Part shown: positions 52,088-64,000 of the stretch, piece by piece
Numbering within the stretch: the stretch's first letter is position 1
Layout of the letters: every line of letters begins with the position of its first letter
DNA from: Vitrella brassicaformis CCMP3155
Taxonomy: Eukaryota > Protista > Chromerida
DNA length: 64,000 nucleotides
NCBI GenBank assembly: GCA_001179505.1
Contig: CDMY01000144.1
Location: 1 to 64,000, forward strand
Direction of reading: 5' to 3'
The notes under the pieces: generated by a model
What the model was told of the DNA's origin: nothing
Databases searched by the model: none
What the model saw: the letters and a program-made list of their open reading frames with translations, nothing else
Made by a program: the position numbers and the translations under genes

Positions 52088-54352
52088 CTAGGCATCAAGT
52101 GCAGGATGCACCCACTTTGACCTCTCCTCATCCAGCGTGCCGCTCCGGATTGCTGACCTGAACACATACACGCACATGGATGGCGGCTCTCAAGATCAGG
52201 TGCGTGGTTTTGTCACACGCCCACCCACCTGATGTCTCTCATGAGTCTGTTCATGAAGAAGACGTTGTGCAGCGACACCAGAGTGCCCCCCAGCTGCTCG
52301 CCCGCCTTCAGCAAGTGGTGCAAATACGCCCTGAGAGACAGAGAGAGAGAGAGAGAGCCAGTCAGTCAACACGCAACACACACAATGCAGCAGACAGCCA
52401 GGAAGAAGACAGGACATTCGCCGATTCACCTGCTGAAGTTTCGGCACGTGTAGCAGCCGCACGAGGCATCGATGGGCCGACTGTCACGCTTGAACGGACT
52501 CTGCATGCACACGTGCATTTCAAGCAAGACAAGGAAAGAACGAAGCCCGCCTAACTCACCCATCTCTCTAACCTTTTTGAGGTTGATGTGCTCCTTGACC
52601 TTGTCGCTCCTGCTGCCGCCCCCGCTGCCATCCGTGTCCCAGAAGTCGCGCCGCACCAGCGCCCCGCCGTGCCGCCCCAGTCTGGTCGGATGCACACAGT
52701 CGAATGTGTCGATCCCGTGGCGCACCCCGTGGAAGATGTCCCGGACACCGCCGATGCCCAGGAGGTGGATCGGGCGGTCCCGACGCAACGACCTGAACGG
52801 ACGAGATGAAGATTTGTGGTGTGGTGTGGTCACAGTATTGTGGTGCTGGCGGCAGTGAGTGTGTACTTTGCCGTGAGGGCGACGACGCTGTGCATCGTGG
52901 CTCTGTCTGCGCCGAGACTGCCGCCAATCGCAGACCCGAAAAACGGCGTCCTGCACTCATTGACACACACATACATACACACAGGCAGACCGTCGGGTGA
53001 TGCCACTTTCCATGTTTTCTGGCCCCGCGTTGCGTACGTGTTCACGAAGTGAGTTGACTCGTCACGGAGCGACGGGCATGTTCCGCCCTGTACAATGCCG
53101 TAGAGCGCCTGCCTCTGCTGGCAGTCGAGCCGGGAGAACTCCTGGAGGCTTCTGAGGCCCCAACGGTGGGAGCGGCGCATGGACGACTCCGTGTAGGACT
53201 GCATTGCATTCATTGACACATCGATGGACATGCAGGTCACCTGCATGTGTGCCACGTGTGCACGTGTGTACGTGTGGTGTGTCCGACCCGGGTAGGGCCA
53301 CTCACTCGCTCACCTTTTCCACATTGAATGGCGTGCACTCGTCCAGCACGAGGATGATGTCGGCACCTGCCGGGATGTATCCATGAGAACGATCCACCAT
53401 ATTCCCGGTGTGTGTTGTGTGTGCGTGTTTGGGCCTTACCCAGCTGTTTCTGCACTAGGATTGAGCTCTCGGGCGTCAGCGTCTTGACAGAACCATCCCA
53501 GTAAGACCTGCAGACATGCAACATACACGACCTTCGTGCCTCAATCTGTTTCAATGAAAACGGTGACTGACCTGAAGGTGGCCCCCTCTTCAGAGATGTC
53601 GATGAGGCTCCTCATCTCGTCCGGCAGGGTGCGCTGGCCCTTTATCTCCGATGACACGCTGCCATGGCCCATGGAGAAGATCTGATAACCGCCAGAGTCC
53701 GTCAACATCGGACCACGAAAACCTGTGAACTCCTGCAGCAGACGCACACCACACAGAAGGATGAGCAGTCGCCTGCACACCTTGAGTGTTGCATTCATTC
53801 TCTCTGTGTGTAGTTACCGACCTGCAGCCCTCCCATGTCCTCGACGAGCTCGCTCCCAGGCCACACCAGCAGATGGTACGTGTTGGACAAGACGATCTGC
53901 GTGCCGGCCTCGCGCAGCTGCTCGGGCGTCAGGCCCTTCACCGACGCCTTGGTACCACAAAACACGAAGTTCGGCGTCTCGACATCCCCGTGAGGCGTCC
54001 GGAGCACGCCACAGCAAGCATCAGAGCCATCAGTGCTCTCGTGGACGATGTCAAAGGCGAAGAAGGGATAAGAGGGAGCGTCAGAGGGCAGGCCGACCGA
54101 CTCAATGTGAGTCAGCGAAGCAGCTGGCATCACGTCGGCTGATGCATGTAGACGACTCGGCCGGAAGCGAGGGCGAGGGGCCAGGGAAGGGGTGAAGGAA
54201 GCATGCCGACTCATCGCCGGTCTGCAGCGCAATGCGACGGTGAGGAAAACCGCCCTGGTCAGCCAGCTTCTTGGCCTTCTCCTCCGCCTTATGAGAGATC
54301 TGCCACTGAACCACCTTGGATAATGATTTGGATCTTGATCAGCCTCGCCCAT
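52088..54352 (-). CDS. tgt: Queuine tRNA-ribosyltransferase (tRNA-guanine transglycosylase) with N-terminal extension, probably organelle-targeted; start uncertain
   Basis: [73 protein letters not shown], Zn site CGCYTC and HNVFFM. Ends LDA-TAG at 52088-52090. Confidence 0.92.
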
Positions 54353-54542
54353 CCCACCAGTAGGCTGGTGCGGATACCCAAGGAAGGTCCTTCGACCACT
54401 CCCCGTCTGCGGGCTTAACTGCGAGCTTGAGCGTGAGAGGGAATGGAAAAGCCACAATGAAAGAAGCAAAAGGCCCCCCGTGACTAACAGTGTTGATCGG
54501 CACTGTATGCAGCACGTTTGACTGATCCCCATCGAACATACC

Positions 54543-62051
<7,509 letters not shown>

Positions 62052-62661
62052 CAGCCACACCGATCATTTGCATGCTTGATGTTTGTCTGTCCGTCTGCCT
62101 GCGTGTATGTGTGTCAGCGTGCTCCCGCGGCGTGCTGCGCCTCTGATGAGTCAGGTGCTGAGCAGAACTGTGATTGCCGACTGACTGACTGACCGGCGGC
62201 CGGTCAGTTCGAGTTGAGTTGGAGCTTGAGTCCGTGTACAGTGTGTAATGTACGTGTGTGGTTATCATTCCGGCCTGTGCCGTGTGTTTTATCGACGGAA
62301 GACTAGTAAGGCAGGCATATATAGAGAGATGCGCATAAGTATCGTCCTTTGTGTGTGTCAGAGTGACAGATAAACTGAACATCCCATCCCGGTCTCACTC
62401 TCAGTCAACCTCACGCTAACACTCAGTCACACTGCCAAGCTCTCACTCACTCACTCACTCACTGACGAACACTCTCCCCCTCCAAATGACCTCCTGTCTC
62501 CCCGCCCATGCAAAGCGTCCAAACCCATAGTGACGAAATCTACCAGCAGAGAGGAAGCACAACCGTTGGAACCGATCTCGCGCGTTGTGCGATCTCGTCT
62601 AGACTTTTTCTGGTGCTTTTCTCCCCGCCCTGTCTTGTGAAAAAGCAACGCGTGAGCAGCA

Positions 62662-63930
62662 ATGGCGGCCCAAGATCTTCAAGCGGACATGCTGCTGGAG
62701 GGGAGATGGCGTGTGGTGAACCACGTCGGCGGAGGCGCCTGGGGTAAGCAGATCTGATCTACACACGGCAAGCCACAGGGAGGACACTGGATGACCAAAG
62801 AGAACTCTTGTCGTCCTATAGAGTCCACAATGACCGTATGTGCCGTCTTTTGTGTGTTGTTGCCTGCAGGCGCTGTGTATGTGGTGCGAGACGAGCACCA
62901 GCCGGAGGGCCACCTGCGGGCCATGAAGTACGCAGGCACGGAGAGCGGCAGCGTCAAGGACCTCAACGGCGACTACAACACCCTGACGCAGCTGCAAGGT
63001 ACGGGAGCCAGGAAAAAGTCTGCTGTGCCAACCCCCTATAAGCTCGCGTCTCGTCTCTCTTTTGTGTGTGCTTTGTGCAGGCACCAAGGGCATCTGCAAC
63101 GTGCATGCCCACTACAAGGCTAACGACGCGTGAGCTGAGCACGCAAACGACGGATGGGACTCAAACAATCCAGCGAGATATCGAGTATTCTTCTCTGTGT
63201 GTCCCATCAGCCACCGTCCATTCTTCGTGATGGACCTGCTGGGCGGGGACCTGCTGCGGCTGCGGGAGGCTGCGGGCCGCTTCACCGTGGCCACGACGGC
63301 CAAGATCGGGGTGAGAAAGAGATATAGAGAGCCTTACAAATTTGCATGTATGCGCCAATTGCTATCTGCGTATGTGTGTGTGTGCAGCTTCAAGTCGTGG
63401 ATGTGCTGGAGAAGGTGCACGACGCCGGCTACATCCACCGGCAAGCGGCAAAGAAGACTCCACACATTGTCTGAGTGCTCTTTTCCCTGTCCCTCTGTTT
63501 GTTTCCAACAGCGACATGAAACCCGATAACCTCATGACGGGCAAGGGTGAGTGAGGCATAGACACACAGACGCCAATGGGAAGGAGGGGACACCGGATGT
63601 GTATGTTGTGTTGCATGCAGGCGGCCAGCAGGGTGAGGTGTTTTTGGTGGACTTTGGTCTCGCCAAGAAACACCTCGCCGCCAACGGCCGGTGAGCCCCA
63701 TTCACCAAAACCAAAGAGACACACACGGTCAGACCTTCCTTTGTCTCTTCATGTGTGTCGCTTGCAGCCCCATCAAGGCCCGCAAGGACGCCGTCTGCGC
63801 GGGGACAGCCTACTGGGGCAGCCCCAACGTCCACGCCAAGAGGGATCTAGGCCGCCGGGACGACCTCATCAGCCTCTGGATTGTCCTTCTCGAGATGATG
63901 CTCAACGACCTGCCGTGGGCCAACCGCACC
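62662..63930 (+). CDS. CK1-family (casein kinase 1/TTBK-like) Ser/Thr kinase, 3' truncated by the window edge
   Basis: G-loop VGGGAWG, RAMK, FFVMDLLGGDL, YIHR|DMKPDN, FLVDFGLAK, GTAYWGSPNVH, LGRRDDL and LPW. CK1-type lack of the APE motif. Confidence 0.88.
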
Positions 63931-64000
63931 GTAAGGAGAGACGGACACGACACAGAGAGACACACATGCACACGGTGCTTGTTCCTCTGTCTGTCTGTCT

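Overview
Eukaryotic, GC-rich, very intron-dense genomic DNA with short (about 60-200 nt) microsatellite-filled introns and three fixed 300-N assembly gaps. The style, the EWGWS enolase insertion and a plastid-type TGT suggest a chromerid alveolate, probably Vitrella brassicaformis (inference only). I reconstructed about 16 gene models by hand from GT/GC-AG boundaries: a TOG/CLASP-like protein, DMC1, enolase, a 10.4-kb TDRD9/Spindle-E-like DExH helicase, TMEM256/DUF423, a coiled-coil protein, a 3xCCCH zinc-finger protein, a TauD/TfdA-type dioxygenase, three loci of an unknown short gene family, a DUSP + CBM20-like + coiled-coil gene interrupted by two in-frame TAGs, a gene with a tandemly duplicated exon module, a queuine tRNA-ribosyltransferase, RNA Pol III largest subunit RPC1 and a truncated CK1-family kinase. 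The most notable signals are four. (1) Introns are polarised, with (AC)n near the 5' splice site and complementary (GT)n at the 3' splice site, resembling the structured AC/GT introns of fish. (2) The Spindle-E/TDRD9-like helicase carries a KH domain and a GW/WG-rich insertion that could be an Argonaute hook. (3) A perfect 120-bp inverted copy of the DMC1 start brackets the DMC1 upstream region and the neighbouring gene. (4) A 10-kb gene keeps all exon phases yet carries two amber codons. No rRNA, tRNA, CRISPR array or recognisable transposase/reverse transcriptase was found. All exon boundaries and family assignments are manual and unverified by any search.
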